A stretch of DNA of 64,000 bases from Gracilinanus agilis (Eukaryota). The translations under genes and the position numbers were made by a program. The notes beneath the pieces were generated by a model that did not search any database, was not told where the DNA came from, and saw nothing but the letters and a program-made list of their open reading frames with translations. This document shows positions 38,296 through 51,729 of the stretch, in pieces (position 1 is the first letter of the stretch; each line of letters starts with the position of its first letter). The stretch lies in the NCBI RefSeq assembly GCF_016433145.1, contig NC_058133.1:333419959-333483958 (forward strand), read 5' to 3'.

Positions 38296-39359
38296 ATCTA
38301 TTGGGTTTTCTGATTTATTGTCTTTTTAATTGCATGTTATAAGAGGAAGCATGGCAGAATAAATAGAAACTTAGGAAGACCCAGGTTCAGTTCCTACCTC
38401 TGACATATAACTTGCTGTGTGTTGATATGGCAAGTCACTCAACTCTTGGTGCTCCAGGCAATACTTCAAGAGTCTAAGTTCCCCAAAAAGTATAACTCTG
38501 CTTCAGCATCTGTAAAGTAAGTTTCCACATTGAGTGGAATCACAGGACTACTCCGAAGTCCTATATTAAATGTAACTTGATTGTAACAAAATCACCCTCA
38601 TTTTGCCTCTTTCTGAATTTGCTTCTGCCCATATTGTGTATTTTACAAATAATTTGTGCATTTGGATGACTGTCCACTAGTTCTCACCTAGAAACCCTCC
38701 CTTATAACCAATAAGTAGTCCAACAAAACAATAATTCCAGTTTTCTTAGTATTTTTAATCCAATTTAATCAACTTCCTTCTTGAAAATACCCACATAGCA
38801 GGCACAATTCGCCTCACTACTTCCTCTACACACTTTTGCATACATACATCATATCTAGTACAAACCAACATCCTGTGTTGATTAGGAAGGTCAAGTTAAA
38901 GGCTACTATGCCTTGTTTTTCTGCTTTGGAGTAGCACCTGCTTCTGTCTGACTGTTGTTATTTGGACTATGACCACAGGAAAAACGTGGATGTGTTCTGA
39001 GGTTTGGAGACACATTTCATCATCAGACAGGATTTCAGAAAAATCACTGTGTGAGGGGAAGAAATGCTGAATCTGCACAGCAGTTCTGGAAATGTTTGAT
39101 GATTGGGCAATGAGCTAAATGGTTAGTTAGGGATAGAGTTAGTTCTATCTGTGGCCAGTGGTGTTGGACCAGGGCTGGAGTGATCTAGAGTTACCCTCAG
39201 ATAATCTGATCTCAAGGAAGTGAAGTCTGGAGATGTAGTTGTTTGTCATTGTGGCTAAAGATCTAACCTCAGAATCAGAAAGACCTAGATTTAAATTCTT
39301 CTCACAAAGATTGGTGTATGACCCAGGACAAGTCTCATCACTTAATCTCATCACTTTTT

Positions 39360-39537
39360 ATTTTAAATCCATACTTTCTAGTAACAACTCTATGACAGAA
39401 GGTTAAGGGCTAGGCAAATAGGGTTAAGTAACTTGCCCAGGGTCACACAGCTAGGAAGTGTCTGAGACCAGACTTGAATCCAAGTCTCCCTGACTCCGTA
39501 CCTCGCTCTCAATCCACTGTGCCACCTAGCTGCCCCT
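39360..39537 (-). mobile_element. marsupial CORE-SINE
   Basis: GCCCAGGGTCACACAGCTAGGAAGTGTCTGAG..CCACCTAGCTGCCCC. Confidence 0.85.
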
Positions 39538-40117
39538 AAAAGCATCACTTCTAAACTTTACCACCGTGCTGCTAATTCAAACCTTAACTGACCACCTCCC
39601 TATGCCTCCTCTCCCCTTTGATTGGAGAGTACCAAATTCCTTCTAGTGCCTCCCTTTATAGAGGGCAGAAAATAGACTCTCAGATCACTCCTCTTTGTAT
39701 CTGCTGCCCTACCTGGCTCTAGCTCCAAAGAAAAAGATGCCCCTGTGCCAGGTATTCCCTAGAGTCCTTTCAACCCTCCCTGCCATTTTCCTGCCTCCTT
39801 TTATGTGTCTTCCACTTTAGATTCCTGCTCGTTGAAGGCAGGGGCTGTCTTTCTTTTTATTTATTGTATTCCCAGTGCTTAGCAGAGCCTAGTATGTCAT
39901 AGAAGCTTCAGAAATGTTGACTGGATTGGATTTAACCTCTTTCCATTCTTTTAAGTTGCAGTGCAGCTAAATTACAAATCATGTTTAAAAAGGAAAAAAA
40001 AAGATGAATCTAGTTTTGTTTCATGTAACCTTCTTCACTGAATAGCAGCCTGAATCCTCTAAACTAATTCTCTGGATCCCAGGTGGAACCGAGTCTAGTT
40101 TGGAAATTAGCATTATT

Positions 40118-40737
40118 TTTCAAAATTAAGTTCATTTAATTAATTAATTAATTAATTAAGGCTATTTTTCCACGGTAACATGATTCATGTTCTTTCCTCC
40201 CCTCCTCCCACCCCACTCCTGTAGCCAATGAGCAGTTCCACTGGGTTTTACATGTGTCATTGATCAAGACCTATTTCCATATTATTAATATTTGTACTAA
40301 GGTGATTGTTTAGAGTCTATATCCCCAATCATATTACCATTGAACCATGTAATCAAGCAGTTGTTTTTCTTCTGTGTTTCTACTCCCACAGTTCTTTCTC
40401 TGTATGTGGACAGCATTCTTTCTCGTAAGTCCCTCAATATTGTCCTGGATCATTGCATTGCTGCTAGTACAGGAGAACATTATGTTTGATTGTGCCATAA
40501 TGTATCCATCTTTGTGTACAATGTTCTTCTGGCCCTGTTCCTTTCACTCTGCATCAATTCCTGGAGGTCTTTCTAGTTCACATGGAATTCCTCCAGTTCA
40601 TCATTCCTTTCAGCACAACAGCATTACATCACCAAAAGTTACCACAATTTGTTCAGCCATTCCTCAATTGAATCCCTTCATTTTCCAATTTTTTGCTACC
40701 ACAAAGAGCTCGGCTATGAATGTTTTTGTACAAGTCT
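40118..40737 (-). mobile_element. opossum-type L1 3' end with TSD
   Basis: 17-bp TSD TGGAAA(T/C)TAGCATTATT at 40101-40117 and 40738-40754. Confidence 0.9.
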
Positions 40738-42675
40738 TGGAAACTAGCATTATTGCCAAGTGAAACAGATTGTTGGGTGGAACCCTGAGTGATTGTTCCC
40801 TACCTGGACCATCTACCTTACCCTAAGCCAAACTGATCTTTGATATAGTGAGTCAAATGTCTGTATAACTATGTGGGCTGTTGTATATACATACATATAT
40901 AAATATAAAGATAACTAAGTATATCTTTGGAGCTTGATAGAGCCTGATTCATTAAAATCCCAAATAGAGAGAATTCTAAAATTTCCCAAAGTAATCTTTA
41001 GGGCAGACTGTTCATTTTCCTGATATGACACACAGTAGGAAAATAATTTTACCTGTAAACATACCATCTTACATTGGAGTTAAATAAATTTAGAGGGCTA
41101 ATTTAATTGATATCAGTCATCACATTTCCACATTATGTTAGTGGGGCATATCAACTGCCCCTCCTTTCCACCTGAATCTTGTACTCTACCCCAGAACCAC
41201 ATTGAGCTCTGATAGCCCAGCTGTGGCTCTCTCCTGCCAGTTCCAGGCTTCTGTAATATGTCATTATTTGCTTCTACTTGCTTACATTCCCACCCATTCC
41301 GGATCCCCCTGTTATATGCTGCCTTTCCCCATTAGAAAATAAACTTTCAGACTGCAGGTACCATTTTGCTTGCTCGAATTTGTTTCTTTAACACATAGTT
41401 CAGGAGCCTGGCACTGAGTGCTTAATGAATGCCACCTTTGTTTGTCACTCTGCCTACCAGCCTATCTGTCTTATCTATTGAGATGTTAGAATTTCTGGCA
41501 AGACAGAATTATCTGGGTAACAGGATATTGAAGTGTTTGTAAGCAGTCTGGAATGATTTCTCTGGATAATTTCTCTGAATGGGTGACCTTGGCAAAGCAC
41601 TTAGTTTTATTGGCTCTCAGTTTTTTACCTATAAAATGAAAATAATTTTACCTATGAATTATACCACAGAAATACCATGCAAATAAACTGGAATGTGTTT
41701 CTAAGACATTGAGAATCCACAGAATAAATGGGAGGCATGGTATAAATGAAGGAACATTGTGTTTGACTTGCAATATATTGTTTATACAAGGTGGTGATTA
41801 TTTGTTTTTTTAAAAAACTGCCTGCAGGCAATTAGAGTACCAGATCTAGAGCGAGAAAATCCTGACTCAGATACTTACTATGGACAAAGAATAAAAAACA
41901 CACACAAAAAAAACACCACACTGGCTGCCTCAGTTTCCTCAACTGTAAAATGTGAATAATACCCACTTCCCAGGATGTTGTAAAGAACAAATGAGATAAT
42001 TTTAATTGCTTAGCATACCAACTGGCACTTAGTAAGAGGTATATAGATATTAACTAGTAGTAGAAGAAGAAGAATTAGTAGTAGTAGTAGCAGTAACAGC
42101 AGTAGCAATTCTCTGAGCCTGCATTCAGAGTTCACTTGGAACACTGAGTAGGGAACACTAGAAGGAGTTGCCCAAAGTTGTGAAGAAAAAGAATATTATT
42201 AATTTTAAGGTGGGGTAACTAGGTGACAGTAGATTGAGTACCCATCCTGGTGTCAGGAACTTACTGGCTGCATGACCCTGGGTAAATTACTTAACCCTGC
42301 TTTCTGCCTCAGTCTCCTCATCTGCAAAATTAGCTAGATTGCCCCTCCTCCAAAAAAACAAATTGCAGTCATGATGAGTCAGAAAACAATTGAACATCTT
42401 AAAATAAAAATAAATGTTTATATTTTATTCTTACTAAAATATTTATATTTTTACTTTTAGTGAGATAGTTCAGTGGACAAATAATTAGAGTAGGAGGCAA
42501 CAAAACCTGAATTCAAATCCTCCCTCAGAATTTAATTGTAGGATTTCTCTGAGCAAATCACTCAGCCCCAATTTCTTCATCTGTAAAATGAGGACAACAG
42601 TAACACTTCTTGCAAAGGGTTGCTGGGAGGGTAAATTATATAACATCTATAAAACACTTTACACATTTTAAAGTA

Positions 42676-43142
42676 TGTAACAACCAAAAATTCAAATAAA
42701 CTGGTTTATTAGTAAGAAAATCAATTTATTGATCAGGCTAACAATAACCAATAAATTAATAATCTATGATCTTCTCAGTAATCAAAGACTTGGAGTTCCC
42801 CCTCCCAAATCCATAAATACAATTTGAGAGCTCAAAGTACAGCCCTTCCTATGACATCTAAGATATCTCTAATTGATAAAATAGCCAACAGGGAAGTGGT
42901 CCATCAAAACTCTCACTTCTTTCCCGATCCTTTGGGTGATGGTTGAAAGTCATATACTTGATCCCATGCCTCCAGTGTCTAAGAGGAGAAATTGAGTTCT
43001 GCCCAGTTAGTGTCCTCTAATACTTCCAGTGGGAGATTCAAGGACTCCACTTTGCTACTTGCAGATGCATCTGACTTAAGCAGGTTCTTATTTACTGAGC
43101 AAAATAAGATCTCATAATGTCTCCTTTTTTATCTATTCTACA
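42676..43142 (-). mobile_element. solo LTR (467 bp)
   Basis: TG..CA termini (minus: TGTAGA..GTTACA), two AATAAA on minus (42705-42710, 42725-42730); only a 3/5 TSD match AAGTA/ATGGA. Confidence 0.7.
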
Positions 43143-43720
43143 ATGGAAGAAATTCATTGAGTAATGCATTCCTTGGAAGTTCCTAGGATCAAAGAAATAA
43201 GTGCAGAAGTTGAGGGGTGAATTTAAACCTTAATAGAAATAATCCAATATATTGGAAATAAATCTTCTCAAGTACTATATAAATAAATGGTTTTTTAAAA
43301 ATTATTCCATGACAGTTTTGTATGGAACCTGTACTCAGCAGCCTGAAGAGAACTGTAATACAACATAAAGGGGGGGAAATGATAGCTTAATTTTGTAGAA
43401 TAAAGAGTACATAGAGATGTCTTAAGCGGAGAGATTGATGAAGCTTCAGTAGAGATCCATTCTGTAGATACAGGCAGAATGCCAAGCTTCTCAGACCAGT
43501 TTGTCTGAAGGCTCTAAAATAAAATATAATAATGCCATTGTCTTGTCATTGCTTGTAGGTGGCCATCCAATATTGCTCCTTTAGATTTTTATGAAATGCT
43601 CTTACAACTCTGACTCTTTATTTCTTATCTTGCTTTCCGTTTCATTTCCTTTTTCTTTCTGAAGCAATATAGATGGATAGATGGGCATTAGTGGGGAAAT
43701 CAAAGGAAAAAGAACCATTT

Positions 43721-43880
43721 AGGGGCAACTAGGTAGTACACTGGATAGAGCACCAGGCATGAAGTTGAGAAAACCTGGGTTCAAATCTGATCTTGGAATT
43801 TCCTAGCTGTGTGAACTGGGCAAGGCACTTAAACCTCATTGCTTAACCTTTGACATTATTCTGCTTTAAAATTGATACAG
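43721..43880 (+). mobile_element. marsupial CORE-SINE
   Basis: GGGGCAACTAGGTAG..CTGGGTTCAAATCTG..GGCAAGGCACTTAAACC. Confidence 0.8.
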
Positions 43881-44224
43881 AAACCATTTCTTGTCCTTTT
43901 CCCTTCCTTCAAACTCTCATATTGCCATCGAACACATCATTAGTTCAGGGAGAAATGGACAATTTCTCAAATGTGTCAACAAAAAATCGTGTGTGTAAAA
44001 GGGTATACTGGACTCTTAGTCCAGAGGAACAATGCATTTTCTAGTCCTGAAGGTACTACTTGACTAACTCCCCTCCTACTCCATTTAGCGCTTACATAAA
44101 TCTACTGAGTTGTTTTATGTTTGTTTGTTTGTTTTGTTTTGTTTTTGGCCTGGGATGGAGACAGGGAAACTCTAATCCATAGATTCGATCTACTTCTGAC
44201 TTAATTTCATTCAGTCTTTGTGCA

Positions 44225-44430
44225 GTCCCAAAAGGCTGATTTGCTACTCTTCATGCAACCTGATGACCCTTCTTACCAGCCTTTCTCCCCCAAGGGTTAC
44301 CATATTAATGTTGAATTTGGACCTGATTTCCATAGCCCACATAGCTCAGAATTCTCAAGCTTTCTAAGAGATCCACCAGCCTCAGCCTCCCCAGAAGCTG
44401 GGATTAAAATCATGGGCCACTATACCTGGT
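44225..44430 (-). pseudogene. 7SL-derived retrocopy
   Basis: antisense TTACCATATTAATG..CCACCAGCCTCAGCCTCCCCAGAAGCTGGGATTA. Confidence 0.8.
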
Positions 44431-46274
44431 TGAAACTTTCAGCTTATGCCTATGTTTGTAAAAGCATGATGTGAATGTATCCCAAAAGACTGCAATTTAG
44501 AAACAGGACACTGTTTTTTCTTTGCATCTCTAATGCCCAGCATATAGTAGGTGGTGAATAAACAGTTGTTTATGGATTGTAAAAAGTTTTTGTTGGTCAC
44601 TGCTCTTTTTTCCCTCTCACCATCTATACAGACACACAATTTTTATTTCTTTATCTATGCCTCCATTTATGTGTGTATTGGTATCTGTATATCACATTCA
44701 TACAAATACCTCCTTGTGGCTGTCTATTTATCTTGGCAAAGACCATCTGTGACTTTGCAGGTTGAAAGAGGAAGCATATCAAAAAAGAAAGGGAAAAGAA
44801 AAGAGAAGTAGGGCAAATTGGCATATGAATGTAATGAAATATCCCTGAACTATATAGTTTTTCTTTAGTGTTGGAGTCACGCTATAAATTATATTTCTGG
44901 TTCTGCTCACTTTGATAAGTTCATATAAATTGCCTAGTGTTTCTCTGAATCCCTCTCTTTTGTCATTTGTTATGGTTCAGAAATATTTTATGACATTCAT
45001 CTGCCATAATTTGTTCAATCTGCTATTCGTTTTAAAAGTGGAACAATGGAAAGTTTTCTATATTTTCCCTCACAAATCGACTCCCAGATTCCTGAGTTAA
45101 GTGGCTTTTTCCTTTATGTGGTCATTGAAAGATTTCACCTATCCATCCACACAATAGTGATTCTTAATAAATAGATTCTAATAAAGAAACGTATACTTCT
45201 GCTCCAGAACCATTTCAGCTATAGCTTCCAACACCAGAAACATTGTAGTTACAAATGCAAAACCACTGGATAATGAGAATTGGGTCTTGATGCGATGATA
45301 GCCAGAATATGAAGTTTGGTTCCATGTAGGGGGAGGTAACGTGTAAGTATAAAATCAGTGTCCATTGGAGCAAAACTCTGCTTTTCTTCCTTCAGTGAAG
45401 CTAGAAAAGTTATGCTGAGTTAAGAGAAAAGTCTGTGTGGGAGGTCATGTCCCAAAATGCTAACCTTCATAATAGATTTTTGCTTATGCTGCTGAACTGT
45501 AGCTATCATTGAAATATGTAGACCTTCATTACAGTTGTAGTCAACTCTCAATTACCTGCATTAATCAAAAGCTGTGGCTAACAGCCATGAAATCACATGT
45601 TGGTGTTGGAAATGCACTTTCAATTTTTTTCTGTAGGAAATGAATTCATTTATTTTTTAAAGTTTTCTATTTTTTCATTTGAACAACTCAGTGGAATTGC
45701 TTGTTGGCTTAGGGGCAGAAGAGGGGAGGGAAAGAAAATGGATCATGTAAACATGGAAAAATATTTAAAAATAAAGATTTTTATTTTTTATTTTAATAAC
45801 TAATTTCCATCTGTTGGAAATGAATTCATTTATTTTTATTTTTTATAAGATTTTGATTTGATTTCTTTATTTTAATAACACATTTCCATCTGTAGGAAAT
45901 TAATTCAAAGTAAGAGCTTCTTAGGCAAAGGAGGTATCATATCCCAAGACCTCTCTGGCTTCTGAGTGCTGCTGAATAATGGGAAGAAACAGACCCAGAA
46001 TGAAAGAATCTGTAATTCAGGTAATGTGAACAGTGGCTCGACCATGAGAACCTGCTCTTTTGACCAGAGTTGGCCTGGGTATACAGGCATGAGGAGCTGG
46101 GGAAGTTTAGTTCTCTTTGGCACTGGGTTAAAGTTGGTGGAAGCTGAGGAATACATGACAATGATATTTGCTGTCTTCTTTAAAGACCTCTCTAAAGTGA
46201 ACTTGGTATCTTGGAAAGAGCACTAGAGTTGGACTGAAGATCCAGGTTCCCAACTCTTCTTGGAATCGTAATTA

Positions 46275-46465
46275 GTGGTAGCTAGGTGGTTCCGTGGATA
46301 AAGCATCAGGACTAAGGATGGGAGGTTCTAGGCTCAGACATTTCTTAGATGCATGATCCTAGTCAAGTCACTAAACCCCAATTGCCTGGACCTTATCATT
46401 CTTCTACCTTGGAAATGATACTTATTCATTCTAAGGCAAAAGGTAAGGGTTAAAAAAAAAGAAAG
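46275..46465 (+). mobile_element. marsupial CORE-SINE
   Basis: GTAGCTAGGTGGTTCCGTGGATA..GTAAGGGTTAAAAAAA. Confidence 0.8.
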
Positions 46466-46929
46466 AAAAAACTCAGCTCAATAAGTACAGACAAGTTATT
46501 AGCTTATTTTCTCTGAGCCTCAATTTCTTCCTCGTCTATAAAAGAAGGATAAAAATAGCTCTAGTACATGTTCCTATCTCCTGGGGTTGTTAGAGGATGG
46601 ATAAAATCACAGAATTTAGAATAGGAAAGAACTTTAGTGGTTGTCTAGAACAAAAGATAGTCTGTAAAATACTTTGCATACCTTAAAATGTTATATAAAT
46701 GTGTTATATATATAATGTTATATAAATAAATATAAATATATAAGCTGGTGTTTTTGTTCACAGTGGTGATTGTGGTTCATGGTGATGGTGGTTATTACAA
46801 GTGGATGATATCTAGACTGAGCTGAAAAAGGGTCATATTTTAGAGGTCAGACTTGGGGATGAAAGGGACTTTTTTTCCTTAGGATCCTGGAATTTATGAC
46901 TTTCATCATATGACACAAGAGCTTCCTAT

Positions 46930-47115
46930 GGGGTAACCAGGTAGCTCAGTGAATACACTAGATCTAGAGACAGGAGATCCTGGGTTCAAATGTGGCCTTT
47001 GATACTTCCTATATCTGTAACCCTGGGCAAGTTACTTTCATCCCAGTTTTCCTAGCCCTTACCCCTCTTCTGCCTTGGAACCAATACCTAGTATTGATTC
47101 CAAAACAAAAGGTAA
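46930..47115 (+). mobile_element. marsupial CORE-SINE
   Basis: GGTAGCTCAGTG..CTGGGTTCAAAT..TGCCTTGGAACCAATAC. Confidence 0.8.
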
Positions 47116-48096
47116 ATTAGTTTTTTGTTTTGTTTTTTGTATGATAGAATCTTAAGAGAGAACACAATACAAGAAGGTAAAGAGAGTGGGAGTTGCTTTT
47201 AAGGTTTGGCCAGGGAGGGATCCTTTATTGTTGAAAGCATCTCTGCCTACATTTCTGTGTTGGGTTCTGACAGTACCTTGTGTATGTAGTTAGAGAACTT
47301 TATCTTTTTTTCTTTTTTAAAAAAATCTTTTCTTTCTTTTCTTGTAACAATTTTAAGACAAGGGCAAGATGAAGCAAACAGGATGAAATGACTTGCCCAG
47401 GGTCATGTAGCTTAGAAGTATCTGAGGCCAGTTTTGAACCCAAGGTATCCTGACACTCTATCCACTGTGCCATAAATAACTTTCTTTATGGAGACAAACC
47501 TTTGTGTTAGAAGAATCTACTTTACTGCATAGGTTTGTTAGGGATATTTCTTGCGTTAACTCTGACAGAATTTTGGTAGCACATCCAAAAGAAGAGAAGT
47601 GTGGTTACGATGCTAAGAGGAATAATAAAAGTTTTTACTAAAATTCTTCTAGTAGGCTGATTTGTTAGTGTCCATTAACCTTCTTTAAGGCCATGGGCTT
47701 GTGCAGGATTGCATGATTGATTTGGTCCAAGGCAATAATTTGTGTGAGGAATAACTAACATATCTGGTTGCTTCATCAATCTCCTCCACAGTAGAAAGGG
47801 CAAAGATATTAAGTTAAAAAAAACCTATGGTGAGATTTCAAATTTATCTAAAGAGTCTAAGGAAATTTCTCAAACATACATTTTATGAAGATAACAATTC
47901 TAGAAAATAAAGACGTGGTTCGGGTTCAAACCTCGACTGTGTCATGGATGACCTGTGTGACTTCTCTTAACCTAGGAGTGAAAGTTGTTCAGAAGGGGAC
48001 AGTACCATACTGATGAAATTACAGATCTAGTCTAAAAAAACCCCAACAAACATAAAAACAAATAAAAAAAAAACCTGACAAGAAAACACTCTAGGT

Positions 48097-48316
48097 CAGT
48101 GGTTCCCAAACTTTTTTGGCCTCCCGCCCCCTTTCCAGAAAAAATATTACTTAGCCCCCTGGAAATTAATTTTTTTATTTTAATAGCAATTAATAGGAAA
48201 GATAATTATAATTAAAGCAATTAATAGGAAAGATAAATGCACTGTGGCCATCACCGCTTTCCTGGATTGCTGCAGCACCCACCAGGGGGCGGTGGCACCA
48301 ACTTTGGGAATCACTG
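48097..48316. mobile_element. hAT/Charlie MITE copy 3 with internal tandem duplication
   Basis: same TIRs as copies 1 and 2; TSD CTCTAGGT/CTCTAGAT; AGCAATTAATAGGAAAGATAA present twice. Confidence 0.92.
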
Positions 48317-49754
48317 CTCTAGATGGAATACTGGAATCTTATCGGTGAATAGAGCTACTGCATCCAATTCTAGTCTTAAACACTGGCTAGCTGTGTAACC
48401 TGGAATGAATTCTTTAACTTCTGCCTCAATTTCCTCAGCTGTAGAATGGGGATAATAATAGTACTTTCTTCACAAGGCTATTGTGAGAATCAAATAAGAA
48501 TATTTGTGCAGTGCTCAGCACAGTATTTGACACTTAGTAGACACCTAATAAACACTTATTTCCTTACTTCTTCTTTCCTTATCATTTTTATTGTTTTAAA
48601 TATTTGGTCTTACCTTCATACCCTAACCGAAGCTCAGAAATATGCTTATGAACTTATTTTCATGAACGAGGTTTTCCCCATTTTCATTGTTTTGTCTTTA
48701 GGATCACATGCTTATTTCAAAACAAAATGAAAAACTTTAAGGATTTTTTTCCCAGCAGAAATTCCTTTCTCTCATAGTCTATGTAACTTGAACCCTAAAC
48801 CACTAAGGCTCTGGTCCACATTTGCATCGTAAAGAGAAATCCCTTCTTTGCCAATGGAGCTTTGGACAGGTCAGTATCTTTCTTTGAGTTTCTTAAGCTT
48901 ACTTAAACATTCTTTAGAAATAAATCCCTTTGAAGTATTCCATAGAATTCCGAGCCAAAACTTTGCCTGCCTGTTGGCCTATGGAAACCTCTAATTCCCT
49001 GTCACTAATCCTGAAGCATCTCTTTGGAGGAACAAATAAAAGCAGAACACCTGTAGTGGATTGTATCCCCTATTAAAAGTACTTATTTCTGGATCTTTTC
49101 TTAATCAGAAACTATTTAAGAGACATTCATTTCAGGAGACTTAGTGGCCAATTACTGATTAGCTCCATTTTTTAAAGAATCAAAACCATTGTCAAAAATA
49201 GTTTTCTTATATTACATTCCAGAAGAAATATAGTCATAAAAAACATCCAAAACCCCACACTGAAATGGATACCCAGGCATTAAACAGAAGTTTTTCAAGA
49301 GAGATAGATTCCTTAATGGTGTCCTTACTAGTTCTAGCTCTAATTTTAAATATTTTTAAAAGCATTAATATGGGTAAATTTAACACTTTCATTCATTCAT
49401 CAAACATTTATTTTAAGCACCTGCATGTACCAGGAAGACACAGAATAAAAAAGAAATAGTCTCTGCCCTGCAATGCAGTGTGGAATAGATACTTGTAATT
49501 CCAAGGTATTTACCTGGATCTCTAATTTTATAAGTATAGAAAACTCCTTGATAATGAAAATCCATCTATTAATGCAAATTGGCATGTTCTATGCAATTTT
49601 TAGTAATAGTTGCCTAGAGTACAAAGAAGTTAAGTGACTCACCCAGGATTATACAGCTAATATGTGTTGGAGATGAGACTTCTCTATCTCTATGCCATGT
49701 CATGCTGCCTGCCTAGAAATATTAATTGATCCCATGGTGTCTGATGAAGTCACC

Positions 49755-50010
49755 AAGGGAATGATTGTTATTTGATTGTTTCAGTTGTGTCCAACTCTTT
49801 GGGACTCCATTTGGGGTTTTCTTGTCAGATTCAGGAGTGGTTTGCCATTTCTTTCTCCAGCTCTTTTTACAGATGAAGAAACTGAGGCAAACAGGGTTAA
49901 GTGACTTACCCACAGTCACATTACTAGTGTCTGAGGCCAGATTTGAACTCAGGAATATGTCTTCCTGACTCCAGGTCCAGCGTTCTATCTGCTCTACCAC
50001 CTAGCTGCCT
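49755..50010 (-). mobile_element. Mar1-type SINE
   Basis: TTTACAGATGAAGAAACTGAGGCAAACAGGGTTAAGTGACTT..CCACCTAGCTGCC. Confidence 0.88.
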
Positions 50011-51019
50011 AAGAGAAAGATTACAGAGAAAGGAAAGAATATCCAGGACAGGACCTTGGAGGACTTTTGAGATAAGAATTGTGGTGGATAGATAGGAAGG
50101 AGAATCTAGAGAGAAATGGTGACATGAAAATCCAGAGAGGAGAGAATATCCATGATGAAAGGGTGATGCTATAAAGAGATTAAGAAGAATGTGGACTGAA
50201 AAGAAGTATTTTAATTGGTTTGGCAATTAAGAGATAACCTTGTAGTTTTTGTAACACAATGCAATTACCCATGTGCACATAAAGTCACGTGGGCCATCTG
50301 TATCAAATAGTATATCTAATAGAATAGTCTTTTCCAAATTTTCATGTAGAAATAAAAGTTCATATCTAGTCATAGAATTGAATGGAACATTAGAGGTCAT
50401 CTTGTCCAACCTTTATCTAAAGCATGAATCTCCTCTTCTGCATTCTGGACCAGTGATCATTTGACTTCTATTTGAAGAAAAAATCAGTACACTGTACTGG
50501 GCAAAGATGAAGGAATAGCTCTTCTCTGAGAATCAGTGATTTCCCTGGTGTTAGTACTTTTCCCTAGATATATTTCAATCTACTTACACAATTGATCTCT
50601 GACCCTAAGTCCATTGTCTCTCTCTTTTCCACCCCTTGAAAGAAGGAAGTTGGACTAATGATATTGCAGATTCCTCCCAGCATGGATTCTGTGGTCTTGG
50701 TTTTGCCCTTTGAAGCTACATTGAATAAGTCTCATTCTGGAGCTGATTCTCCCAAGAGGCAGTATGGTATGGTGGAAATAGAACTGGACTGGGAGTCAGG
50801 AAAACAGAGTTCTGGTTCCAACTTTGCCAGTAACTAAATTGTGTGTTGAAAACCCACAGTTTTCTCTTCCATAAAAAAAAAAATTAGAGGTCATTCTAGA
50901 TTATCTGTTAGGTCTCTCTTCCATCTCTTAACATTTTAGTTTCTAATGGAAAATTCTGGTTAGTAGCCCTATTTATTATTGCTATAGCTTTTTAAAAAAT
51001 TTTAAGACTACACTTCCCT

Positions 51020-51300
51020 ACTTCACCTATGCCAAAAATTTAGCCACCACTCATAGGCTCAACCTTACTGCTGATCAGCATGAAAATTTTAACCAGTTCT
51101 GTTTCTGACCTGCACTGGTTTACCCCTCATTATGCAACCTGATGGTTCCCTGTTTCCAGGGGCATCTAATTGATACCAGACCCACTATGGACACCTATTC
51201 AGCTTTAGCCTACTGTAGCTCAGAATTCCTGAACCCAAATGATTCATCAAACCTAGCCTGTCCAGTAACAGAGAATTACAGGTGTGTTACCACACAGGCT
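51020..51300 (-). pseudogene. near full-length 7SL-derived retrocopy
   Basis: antisense CTGCTGATCAGCA..GTTTCTGACCTG..GCAACCTGATGGTTCCC..GAATTACAGGTGTG. Confidence 0.8.
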
Positions 51301-51729
51301 TTGCTACAGCTTTTAAAAAACTTTTCCCTTTTTAGAGCCTTCCTCCTTCCCTCCCGCCCTCCATCCTTTCCTTCTTTCCTTCCTTCCTTCCCTTCTTCGC
51401 AATACCAGTGACCACCCAAGTAATGTTTTACTTAGATTTACCATGTTTACTATAGAGCTGAATGTGCTTTTATTTCTAAAATTGAATTTTTCTTTACAAA
51501 TTTTTTTAGGAAAAAAATTTCCTGAGTAATATATAATTATAATAACAGTATTTAAACATTTAAATTAATAAAACATTTATGTTGTGCTTTAAGGTTTAAA
51601 AACCATTTTCCTTATGACAATCCAGTGAGGTTCAGGAAGTGAGAGGTTTAGTGATTGTCCCAAGGCCACAAGCTAATAAGTGGCAGAACCAGGATTTGAA
51701 ATATGCTTAAGGTCTATGCCCACGTGCCT

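Noticed and set aside
38896-39078. Minus-strand exon candidate (DFSEILSDDEMCLQ..)
   Set aside because: Good acceptor but weak donor GTGCTA; no family recognised
45905-46226. Three overlapping ORFs and donor CAG|GTAATG at 46020
   Set aside because: No recognisable homology or convincing acceptor; compatible with chance
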